Source: Ruditapes philippinarum
Lineage: Eukaryota
Direction of reading: 5' to 3'
Assembly: GCF_026571515.1 (NCBI RefSeq)
Contig: NW_026853675.1
Coordinates: forward strand, 62,001-126,000
Length of the DNA: 64,000 nt
Under the pieces are notes generated by a model. That model searched no databases. It saw nothing but the letters and a program-made list of their open reading frames with translations, and was not told where the DNA came from. Below are positions 53,901 to 64,000 of the stretch, piece by piece (position 1 is the first letter of the stretch; each line of letters starts with the position of its first letter). The position numbers and the translations under genes were made by a program.

Positions 53901-56900
53901 AAAAGTCAACTGAATGAGTTTCAAGGGTTAAACGGTGAAAACACATGGGGTGATGCGAATGAAGAAAGTGTTATCAATTACCGACGACTTCTAGACTTGA
54001 TCAAACGCTATGTACAAGAAATGAAAGTAAGATATTTTCTTATTAAACAAAAATGTGTTCTAAGGTATAATTGGCAAGTCTCACTGTGTTAGATTTCATC
54101 TCATTTTTTCAGATACATTGGTTGTTTATTGTCATATGCTTTCCAATATTTTATGGAAATCAAAAACAGATATAATATAGAGAATATTTATTTCACGTAT
54201 ACGAAGATGTTCAGAAAATTATGAAACTAGGGTCGTATATTTAAATGCAATACATCAAATTTACCAAATTCACTTCAAGTCTTCAAGTAACCGTTTTAAA
54301 TGATACAAAGCAGTCACTCCAATAGTTATGCACCCTTTTTCAAAAGTTTTATCCACAATTGAGCAGTGTCACGACAAAACCAACATAATGGGTTTGCGAC
54401 CAGCATGGATCCAGACCAGCCTGCGCGTCCGCGCAGTCTGATCAGGATCCATGCTGTTCGCTTTCAGTTTCTATACTTGTTATAGCAGTTTCGTTAATCT
54501 GAAATAGGTATATCCTTTAGGTTCTTAACTAGTGTTGTCCCAAGAGCATTGTATGTTGTACAGACAAGTACGATTTACAGGATAGTTAAGAACATTTGTT
54601 GTTGTTGTTGTTTTGTTTCTAAAAATGTTTTCAAATTGTCTAGCTTATGCGACGATGCTTTGTCATACCAAAATTGAATATAATATTAATTTTATCCATC
54701 CCCGTTTTTAGTCGCTGTTTTGAAAATATATTTTCCTAGTTTTTTCAAGATAACATTTTCATAGATGTTTTTCCGTCATAGAGTTTGTTTTCGGGACATG
54801 TATCTAGTATGCTTAACTTTTATCACAGACAAAATTACGTGTGACATCATCTATACAGATTGTGTCCTTTTTGCTGGTCTCGTAGTGTTTTAATTGCCCA
54901 TTCACGATTTGCCTGTTTATTTCTCCGCTCAAAGTATTGTGTTCATTTTTGTCCTGCTTAATTGAAAATAAAATAGTATATATATTTTAGAAACATTTTC
55001 CACGTTTACTTGGCCTTCAAAGTGAATGTTTAGAAACAATTACACTTTACGCATGTGAATAGTGTATCTCAAATAGTTCGTGTATCACGTGATAGGTATT
55101 TGCTTAGTTTCATTATTTTTTAACAATCTTCGTTATACCGATAAACAGCTTTTTTTGATGACAATAACAAAAAAACAAAACAAACAAATTCATTAATCAA
55201 CAAAATAATTTGTACAATAAAGTACAAATGTGATATTAACATTTACTTAATAATTAAATATAAATGCATACGATATTATACAATTTAAAGTCGAACAATT
55301 GAAATAGGACGTAAATTTTACGCTTCAAGAAAGAAACAAGTTACAATCGTGGTAATAAAAAATGATAACTTGCAAATAACTAAACTATGAATTACTTTGG
55401 ACAGGATGAAGGTCAACTATCGAACATTGCTGAGAGACTTCGGGCGGAGTTAAGTTCTCTAGGGTATACGTCTGCTGGCGAACTGACAGGTGTCAGAGCA
55501 ATGAATGCAACTATAAATGAAATGATTTCCCTTGTACGCAATCATAAACAAGAAATTGCTAAGAAATATGTTGCTAAAGAGGTATGTGGAGTAGCAAACA
55601 CACTAGAAAGATTCAAGCAAATGTCAGCACAAACTCAGTATCAGTATATGGATCTTGCTGGTAAAGAAGTAAAGGAAATGATTGCAAAGTTTTCGGACAC
55701 AACATCCTCGCTGGCAGTCAAGCTAATGTTTTTCTATCCAGAATTTTATGACACGTGTTTCGAGAACATGCTTATGCATTTACATGATGCTTTGAAACAA
55801 GACATACAATCGGTAAGATTTGACTGGATGAATGATGAATCATTTCAACAACGACTGAATGATTACAGGATGAATAAGACAGGGTTTCCATTTAACGAAG
55901 GAATCTATGCTAAACTTTTACATGGCTGTGGTAAAAGGAACGCATGTATCCGAAAGATGAAGAGCATGTGTAGACAACAGGACCAGTCGTTTACTGGAAA
56001 TGGTGAGACCGTTGACACTCTAAAAGAGGATGTTTGTAAAATGAGACGCCTGAAGGAAGTAGTATCTAAACATGCAAAACGTATCTCCGACAATAACATG
56101 ATGCAAATGGGCACAATGCAAAAGGATCCATTTGGTAAATGCATTTTGTTCTGTGGTTTATAATGTGGTTAAGACTGTTTATGGGTTCTTTTTTATACGC
56201 CCGAGAGTATAACGGAGAGTATTGTTATGTACCTGGTCGTCCGTCTGTTAACAGTTTCCATGTCCGTTCTGAATATTTTGAACCGTTGGATGGAGATTGA
56301 AACCACCTGGCAGAAATTTTAATTTTTAATGAGACGATGAGCGCATGTTTGACATTCATCATGTCAAGATCAAGGTCACACTTAGTTATTTTGTATGAAT
56401 CTCAAAATTCGTGTCCGGTCTGTATCTTTTGAACCGATAGAAAGATGTTAAAACTCTTTGGCGAAAACAGTACTTACATACAGGTGCTTGAAACATTTCT
56501 GTTTCTATTGAAAACTTAGAAATAACATAATTTTGTTTGTTAAAAAGTTTTTATTCGGCTGAGTAGGGTGTTAAAAGATACTTCTTGTTTTAAAAAGGTG
56601 GTAGAATATTAAATGTTGATCATTTTGTATTCGTATGATAAAGAAATATGCTTCGTATTTTTCGCAGATTTTGGTATTACTTCAAAAGATTCAAATATCT
56701 ACATTTCGGTAGAATATTTTTGTCTTTAACATTATTGGTGAATTTTAAACATAAGTATCAGTAATCAATTACAAATCTTTTCAGATAATATAAGTGTACT
56801 TGATATTTAATAAGAATGCTTCAATAAATTTAGTGTCAATTAATAATTATGAAGTACTCTATTATCTCACAGATGCGGTATGTAATGGAAATGACAAAAT

Positions 56901-58311
56901 GACTACAAGAAAACAGATGCCGTTGACGAAAATGGGTAAAATTTTGTTATCTACCTAAAATTACTGTCATTATAAAATATCACAATCAAATATGAAAAGT
57001 ATTGTAAATTTATGTCTTATTTTTACGTGTATGACAAGTCTTAGCTAGATATTTACCTTTCAAAACGTCCAAGTATAACAGGAGTTCAATGTGCTGTGCT
57101 TGTAAAGAACTTGTGATATATAAATTTGTATAGTTTATTTTTTTAAAGTTTATAATCAAGCACTTTATGTGTTGAAGATTGTTTGAGAGAAGCGGCACTT
57201 TTTTACATTTAAACTCATGAACAGACTCAACAACAGCCAGTCTGAATTTTTCATATAATTCTGTTGTTTCTTTTGTTTCCAGCATATCTATTAAAGGGAG
57301 AAACAGGCAAAATTTTCATTTCTTAGTTTTGAATTTTTCATTCATTATTCTGTAAATGTCCTCAAAATTAAAACACTAGACTGTCACAAGAACAAAACTT
57401 TTCTCCTTATAAAGAATAAAACGTTGGTTTCCTAACTTGATCCAAGTGGGTCAGGTTATCTAGAGCTTAAGATTTCATAATACTTGTTACAGTGAACTCT
57501 TGAAACGTTAAAGTACATGTCAAATGAATAACTTACACTTGTTTCAGTCATACAATATCCCTAGTATATGTTATTGTAACTTCCTGGGTTTGTTAGTGTC
57601 ACATGACTTGTTTTAAAACTACTCGGTGATTGATTTTGTCGGGGTCTAAATTTTGTTCTACATATATGAATACATTCACGCTTCAAACCCTAAATATCTA
57701 GAAAATATACAGAAATTCATGCTGGGACTTAAAAAATGTCATTTTAGCGTGATTTGAGTACATAAAATCATTTTAATATTTTGTCATTGTTTGCCTAAGT
57801 ATCCCTAACACTAACAGTATTCGTTATTTTATAAAACGTTGAAATACAACTTGTTTAATATTGAAAAGCGTCATAAGTAGTGGTGTGATTAATTTTATAT
57901 TATCATTACTATTCATGATGATAATCAGCAGTGACATATCTTCTACTTTTAGAGAAAGGCATAGTAAAGAGAGGGTACCTTGACCTTGAGAACAAAATGG
58001 TAGCCTGGCAATCTATTGCCCGGTGCACTTGCGATCATTGTGGCAAACATCCGGTCAAAGGAGGTGGTGAATCAGATGACATAGCTTACGCTGACGACAA
58101 AGATACATCCGATTCTCATGGAGAAAGAGACCCTAGTCACTACCCGAATGGTGAGTATCCTGAAGATGATGGAACTCGACCTTCCCGTGAAGATGATGGA
58201 GACACAACGGAGGGTGATGATGTAGGTGAACCAGAGCACCAAGGAGATACAGAATCCGATAGATATCCTAATGAACATGATGACGGCAGATATCCCTACA
58301 GGAAAAAATAA
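47907..58311 (+). CDS. Gene C: uncharacterised secreted Cys-rich protein with acidic C-terminal tail, 727 aa, 11 exons (paralog 3 of 3; lacks the module encoded by exons 2-5 of A/B)
   Basis: Exons: 47907-47988, 49941-50086, 50335-50527, 51366-51428, 51971-52090, 52667-52803, 53286-53436, 53887-54026, 55405-56134, 56873-56935, 57953-58311; 2184 nt open, GT-AG introns. Signal peptide MDGSNLCLLGSVCCFLYCIFSVQS. Shares AMNAT, YPEF, DWM, GC...C...MC and CTC-x-x-C motifs with gene B. Confidence 0.86.
48706..49790 (+). mobile_element. 5'-truncated, degraded CR1-type LINE (C-terminal part of ORF2) in gene C intron 1
   Basis: Translates to GLLKRNF...LYKGLIRPITDYG...VENTQRRATRIIPEL..LTYEQKL / RRQRGDMIQVFKLIHKID / RQNSFSNRVVNEWNLLPSEIV..KNVNEFKSKLDKHW, typical of the CR1/L2-clade region downstream of the reverse transcriptase; contains frameshifts and stops. 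Confidence 0.85.
49010..49433. mobile_element. Palindromic non-autonomous DNA transposon (TAC...GTA termini, 6-bp TSD; IS3EU-like) nested in the CR1 remnant
   Basis: TIR TACGAAAGCCTAATAGTGTCAAATAA / TTATTTGACACTATTAGGCTTTCGTA; TSD ATAGAC at 49004-49009 and 49434-49439; internal 20-22-bp tandem units AAAGGCGTTATAACGCGAAT that invert near 49190. Confidence 0.85.
50543..50699. other. Assembly gap (157 N) inside gene C intron 3
   Basis: Run of N; flanking exons splice in frame and match consecutive exons of A/B, so no exon appears to be lost. Confidence 0.99.
54360..54484. mobile_element. Half copy of the palindromic MITE
   Basis: Left arm only: TGAGCAGTGTCACGACAAAACCAACATAATGGGTTTGCGACCAGCATGGATCC... 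Confidence 0.85.
56189..56470 (+). mobile_element. Helentron/HINE-like non-autonomous element remnant
   Basis: TTTTTATACGCCCG start, CGTCCGTCTG microsatellite-like motif, CAAGATCAAGGTCAC motif and an internal duplicated TGTCCG.TCTG.AT.TTTTGAACCG block. Confidence 0.5.
56672..56803 (-). repeat. Inverted single copy of the 58670-59249 repeat unit, in gene C intron 9
   Basis: Reverse complement reads ...ATCTGAAAAGATTTGTAATTGATTACTGATACTTATGTTTAAAATTCACCAATAATGTTAAAGACAAAAATATTCTACCGAAATGTAGATATTTGAATCTTTTGAAGTAATACCA. Confidence 0.85.
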
Positions 58312-58669
58312 AAATGTTTAAAGGCCGAGAACGGAATAGAACTTTGCCCAATATTTTATCAATATATTACTAATTTTGTTGAACATTTTCCTGACCATTA
58401 CAGGGCAGACAGCAAAAAATTGGTAGTAGTTAACCAGCGTGACTATTTATGAATTAAGCAATATTGAAATACAACAAGACCTATAACTGAATCTTTCTTT
58501 TTGAATTTTCTTTTTGAATTTTTTTTCTGTTTTATATGTTTTTCTTTTTATTTAAAACCAGGTCTACCATTTCGTTTATTTATTTTAATCCGGTTCATAA
58601 ATGTTTCAAATGAAGTTACATCGTCAGTGCAGATTCTTAGGACAGACAGAAGCGAGGCTTAGTATTATA

Positions 58670-59249
58670 AATACCATGTACTTTTATCATCAATGTATGA
58701 GATTTTCAACTTTTGTTTTTGTAGACTTTGTTCAAATAGACTTATATAATCTGAAAAGATTTGTAATTGACTACTGATACTTATGTTTAAAATTTACCAA
58801 TAAGGTTTAAGACAAAAATATTCTACCGAAATGTAGATATTTGAATCTTTTGGATCTTTAATCTTTTGAAGTAATTCCATGTACTTTTATAATCAATGTG
58901 TGAGATTTTAAACTTATATTTCTTCACGTTTGTTTTTGTAGACTTTGTTCAAATAGACTTATATAATCTGAAAAGATTTGTAATTGATCACTGATACTTA
59001 TGTATAAAATTTACCAATAAGATTAAAGACAAAAATATTCTACCGAAATGTAGATAATTAAATCATTTTAATCTTTTGAAGCAATACCATGTACTTTTAT
59101 CATCAATGTGTGAGATTTTTAACTTTTGTTTTTGTAGACTTTGTTCAAGTAGACTTACATAATCTGAAAAGATTTGTAATTGACTACTGAAACTTATGTT
59201 TAAAATTTACCAATAAGGTTAAAAACAAAAATATTCTACCGAAATGTAG
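58670..59249. repeat. Tandem array of ~205-bp units (2.8 copies) downstream of the gene C stop
   Basis: Units start at about 58670, 58873 and 59083 (AATACCATGTACTTTTATCATCAATGT...CTACCGAAATGTAG). Confidence 0.9.
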
Positions 59250-59870
59250 CTACAAGAAGTCATATCTTTTTGTTCTTTTTTGTTTCTGTTCATTTAAGAT
59301 TTTATGAAGGAATGACTGTTATATATAAGACACGAGTAAAAAAAATTAAAACAACTGGTACATATTAGATTTAGAAAAACGATGTGTGATTAACAAGAAG
59401 AGATTTAGTTGTCTTTTGGTGACCATTGAATAAAAGAAGTGTTGAATTGAAAAGCTGGAGGGTTTAAAATAAATGAATTTCCGATTAAGAAATATTCAAT
59501 TGAAAGTATTTTCCGTCGTTTAAATGAAAAACATAATCCTTTTTAGGACTATATAATACTTATTGTTGCGGTTTGTATTTTTTCTAAATTAAATCACTTA
59601 AATTTATTGTAAATATTATGTTTTTATTTTCTTATCTTTTCGTCTTTGAACTGTCTCTTTTGATATAAATCTTTAAAAAAAAATTGTGTTAGCTTCTTTT
59701 ATTTTTTATTATAGCCATCTATGAAATGAAATATGGAACCTTACATACACACTATGATGGTCACTTTAATTTATTAAAACATTTGTATTGACCGAGTTAT
59801 TTAATGTAAATGAATATTTTCATAAAAAATATTTCCCAAATAAGAAAAAGAAGATCTTCCGCAAAACATA

Positions 59871-60081
59871 TAAGCCGCGTCACGACAAAACCAGCATAAT
59901 GGTTTTGCGACCAGCATGGATCCAGACCAGCGCAGGCATCCGCGCAGTCTGATCAGGATCCATGCTGTTCGCTGTCAGTTTCTTTACTTGTTATAGGGTC
60001 TGTAAGCGAACAGCATGGATTCTGATCTGGATCCATGCTGGTTGCAAACCCATTATGATGGTTTTATCGTGAAGCGGCTCA
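59871..60081. mobile_element. Palindromic MITE copy with internal deletion
   Basis: TAAGCCGCGTCACGACAAAACC ... GGTTTTATCGTGAAGCGGCTCA, flanked by TA/TA. Confidence 0.88.
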
Positions 60082-60428
60082 TATTATCTTTTTCATGTGT
60101 CCAATTTAAAAAAAATTAAGTTCCATGTTATTAAAAGAAGTAACGTAACAGAACTGTGTTTGCTAGTAAACGTCATCCGCTAACTAGTGTACTGAAAATT
60201 AAATATATGACCTGCAAAAAAAACAATCAAAGCACAGAAGGCGCTTAATTTGTTTGGGCCTCAGAATGTAAGAAAGGTGCAGGTTGTGAGATTATAAACC
60301 AATTTGTTTTTGTATAGTGCCACCAATGCTTTTCATCGTTTTAATTTTAGTAAATTGGCTATAAGACTAATTGCAATACTGATATTCTATCCAATGTTTA
60401 TTTGACTTAAACAATTTGAAAAAAATGA

Positions 60429-60500
60429 GTGCCTTATCTGGAACTTGAACTCCAGACTTCCCGCTTCCTAGGCGAGCGCGCAAACCCCTCGGACACGGTG
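60429..60500 (-). pseudogene. tRNA-like sequence (SINE head or tRNA pseudogene, AGG loop)
   Basis: Minus strand: A-box-like TGTCCGAGGGG, anticodon-like arm CTCGC-CTAGGAA-GCGGG and T-arm CTGGA-GTTCAAGT-TCCAG, but no pairing acceptor stem. Confidence 0.4.
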
Positions 60501-61686
60501 AATTTATATGTTAATGGCCTTAAGAAACCCATATTATTCTAAATTAGGGTTTGTAACGACGCTCACTGTTGTTTAACACATATGTAATTTTAACAACATG
60601 ACATTAACTGTTAATAATAACAGCTCCTTCCATAGGCCAAAATAAAAAGCATTCCATAAGAGACGACGCCGCTCACCGGAGCTTACTATAAGCATGTATA
60701 TCTATAAAGAATAAAACAATATTAGAAATCTTCGACCATTCGGGAATTATTTTGCTCGAAAATTAATGCGCCTTTTGCCTGAAAATTAATGCGCCTGTCA
60801 TTTGACCATCTTTACGCAGTGATCTCCCCTGAATTATTCTGCGTTAGTGTACATATAAAGAGAAGTATCCGCTTCAAAAAAGCGGACTACTTTCGGCATT
60901 TGCAATTAACAGCATTAGAGTCTGAAATTTCACTACCATTATTTGTTTGGTCTGACGAGCCAAACAAATAAAAACAAATCGATTCCATCGAGAAGTTACC
61001 ATGGTTACTGAAGGCAAATGAATAAAGCGTAGTTTACATGGCTCTGTTTCAATCTTGAATCGGTCTGTATTGATACGTGAATGAAATTTGTTGAACAAAT
61101 ATAAGTATTAAATTTAGTATTTATACCTGGGTTTCTGACACCATGGCCGCATATATACATTATATGTCCGGCAGAATACATGTACATATACACTTAAAAC
61201 AAATCTTATAAATGTGCATGTATAAATAGTGTCATATACGCTGCTCAATATTTGCCTGATCATGCTGACATTTTCAAAATATATAGCTGAGAGAAATGAT
61301 ATTATAGTTCATTTATTTAATTACAAATCAAACACAAATTCAACGCACACGGTCAATAAATTTGGGTACATAACCAAAAGTTAAATCGTGTTTATTAACG
61401 GTAATCTGAGTAATACTACGAAGACTTTTAAGGTATTTTAACTGACATATGCTCAGAATTAACACTGCAGATGTTGCAAACACAGCAAAATTAAGCGACA
61501 ACACATTTGTAATTAAACAACATCAACGTGATAAGCGTACGTACTATTAAAGTCATAAGACATATTAATTAATGCGATTGAAGAATGACGAGCGCAGACA
61601 TTTCCAGAGTTTAACACTGTTCAAGAGTGGGAAAGTTTACACAATTTGAAATTGATGAATAAACAGTGTTAAACTCTGGAAATAAA

Positions 61687-61896
61687 TGAGCCGCGTCACG
61701 ACAAAACCAACATTGTAGGTTTGCGACCAGCATGAATCTTATCAGGATCCATGCTGTTCGCTATCAGTTTCTCTGCTAGTAAAAGAGTTTGTAAGCGAAC
61801 AGCATGGATCCTGATCAGACTGCGCGGATGCGCAGGCTGGTCTGGATTCATGCTGGTCGCAAACCCACTATGTTGGTTTTGTCGTGACGCAGCTAA
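61687..61896. mobile_element. Palindromic MITE copy with internal deletion
   Basis: TGAGCCGCGTCACGACAAAACCAACATTGTAGG ... CCACTATGTTGGTTTTGTCGTGACGCAGCTAA, flanked by AA/AA. Confidence 0.88.
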
Positions 61897-64000
61897 AAAA
61901 GTTGGACATTACGTATACTATGATGGATTCTTCATGACCTGTACTTTGCATAACGCGTTTTTAGCCTTTGTGGAATATAAAGCGGACAAATTTATACAGT
62001 AAAAGACAGCAATCAGATAACATGGCTAGCCAAAATATATTGATTCTAAAATATGTTTGTTCTGGGCATAATCACGCTACAAGAGAGATATTGCCCATAC
62101 ACAAAAACGCAAAATATATCTTCGCACGGTACAATTAGTTGGACTAACAACATGCATAATGTTGGGGTGATGTCAAATTGTATATTACTTTATGGAAACG
62201 CGCAATTCTTATAAGTTTACATGTGTATAATTGATCTCATATTTGCAGTGGTCAATATTGGCCCGATCATGCGTAGATTTGCAATAGATATAGTTGAGGG
62301 ACATGATATTATTTTACAAAGTGCGCCTTTTTGCAGACGGGTGAATGCAATTTTCTCTATACATGTACAAAATGTATATCTATATTACATATAAAGTGAT
62401 ACTTTTATACTAATCCCTAAGGACAATGACAAGTTAGCGTTATTCTTAAGCTAATTAATATCATTCATTAAAAAGCAGGCAATATGTCCTGATATTGGCC
62501 TGGGCAATAAAGTGCCGTTTAATATTTTATTCGTCAGCAACTTAGTACTAAAACATCATCCTGATCTTTGCGACGTAGATATTCAAGCGTCTTGATGATA
62601 CAGACTTAAAAAATGTGATTTCTGCAAGTTGTCAATGAATTAACTGAATAAAATATTATTAAAGGATGACGTACAAAGACGAACACGAAGCATTTATAGG
62701 TGGAACGAATGGTACAGATGCATTGCATATCGCAGTTACTGGGATCGCATGTCTTTTACCAGTATACATTAGAGATGCAAGTGTCGTTGTTATTCCAGGG
62801 TTGGCGAAGTTTACAGAAAAAGTGTGGTAAAAACTTAGTTAAACTCAAGTTCAACCTTTGATTCTTTACATATTTCACTAAAACATTGTCGTATCTCTAG
62901 TTCAATGAAATAATGCATGTTGCAAAATGTTGTTCGTCAGGCACTGAAGTAAAAATATCTCAAAAGCATCATCATATTTAGAGGACGAGAAGTTAGAGGG
63001 TGTAATGATACGCTCAGCTCACCATACAATACTTATCATGGTACAGGGTTCATTATACAATACTTTCTAAACCGCTGAAAAAGAACGAGACACAGGAAAC
63101 AAAACTGCACATTGTAGTAATATAACAGTCAAAGCAATTTAGCAAACTTTTTTTCCAGGTCCTTTTAATTTTATCCACCCGAAATGCTTCCATATATGGA
63201 CTTAAAACTAACAGAAGCAGATTTATATTCATCTTTTGCAGTTTTTTATTAACTAATTATTCCCCTTGAAAATGGTATAAAAATGTTGTACCTTATGGAT
63301 GTTTTGTCTTACCTTCAACCGTACCGTGTGGAAAGAATTATGTGCACATAATGAGAGATATATTGGACAAGGTGGACCGTGAGACAGGGCGGACTGTATG
63401 TTTGGATAGAGCGAACCTTATTTTGGGACAGGGAAGACCATGACTCAAGACAAGATGATCTGTGATTTAATGTAATATAAACATTTAAATATTGATATTT
63501 CTTTTTTTCTTTTCATTATAAATATATATGTATACATATTATTAATTAAACTTAAGCAGTTTATAACTTTAAACAAAATGTTGTAATGAATTTATAAATA
63601 ACAGCATCCAGTTGGACATTTAATCAGGTGGTAATTGACCAATTAGTCATTGTTTGTTAAATAATAAGACAGTAATGCTGCTAATACTGAAAACCTTTAT
63701 TTAACAATATGATACAAAAAAGACAATATGATAATAAATTTATGTAAAATTATATTAATCCACTGTCCCAGACTTCCCGAAATACGTCGGTCCGGCAGAC
63801 ATGTCCTATAAATATTGATTAGGTCCGAAGGTTTTTCTATTCCGGATCGGTCCGACTGTCCGGCTTTTATCCAAGTCGCATGTATACAAAATTGCGTCAC
63901 TATAGGTGCCAAACATGGGAAAAACCAAAATCTACGTCAGCGGAGCACGCAGTACAGCAGTATAATGATGAAAAGAATAGATCTGAGACAAAATTTAATG

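Noticed and set aside
25306-56144. Antisense ORFs overlapping the large exons (25306-25683, 43559-43792, 44267-44467, 55905-56144)
   Set aside because: Shadows of the sense coding exons; they share no motifs independent of the sense frame.
13973-58311. Tripartite pore-forming toxin (three tandem helical proteins)
   Set aside because: No recognisable MACPF, aerolysin or ClyA motif and no clear hydrophobic hairpin; it could only be revived by structure prediction.
60429-60500. Functional tRNA-Pro(AGG) gene
   Set aside because: The acceptor stem does not pair; better explained as a SINE head or pseudogene.
41061-62002. Similar short ORFs containing VCKRTAWILIRLRGCAGWSG (41061-41243, 61751-62002)
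   Set aside because: Translations of the palindromic MITE, not a protein family.

Overview
AT-rich eukaryotic genomic DNA with spliceosomal introns, SINEs, a LINE remnant and MITEs. The repeat families suggest a bivalve mollusc, possibly a venerid clam (inference). The main content, largely invisible to the ORF track, is a head-to-tail cluster of three divergent, multi-exon paralogous genes on the + strand, which I spliced by hand: gene A (13973-27290, 15 exons, 749 aa), gene B (31895-45139, 16 exons, 785 aa) and gene C (47907-58311, 11 exons, 727 aa). They share intron phases and architecture: signal peptide, one or two copies of a four-exon beta-rich module ending in a CARDB/lysyl-oxidase-like G-x-Y-x-L-V-x-x-[IVL]-D-x(10-11)-C-N-N motif, a Cys-pinned Met-rich helical region, and a C-terminal W-x5-C-x-C-x-x-C followed by a basic terminus. 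I do not recognise the family. A minus-strand secreted Thr-rich (mucin-like) protein with a C-terminal EGF domain (1869-239) is split by a single frameshift. The rest is intronic or intergenic DNA with several transposon-derived elements and one 157-nt assembly gap. All gene models are manual predictions without transcript support.
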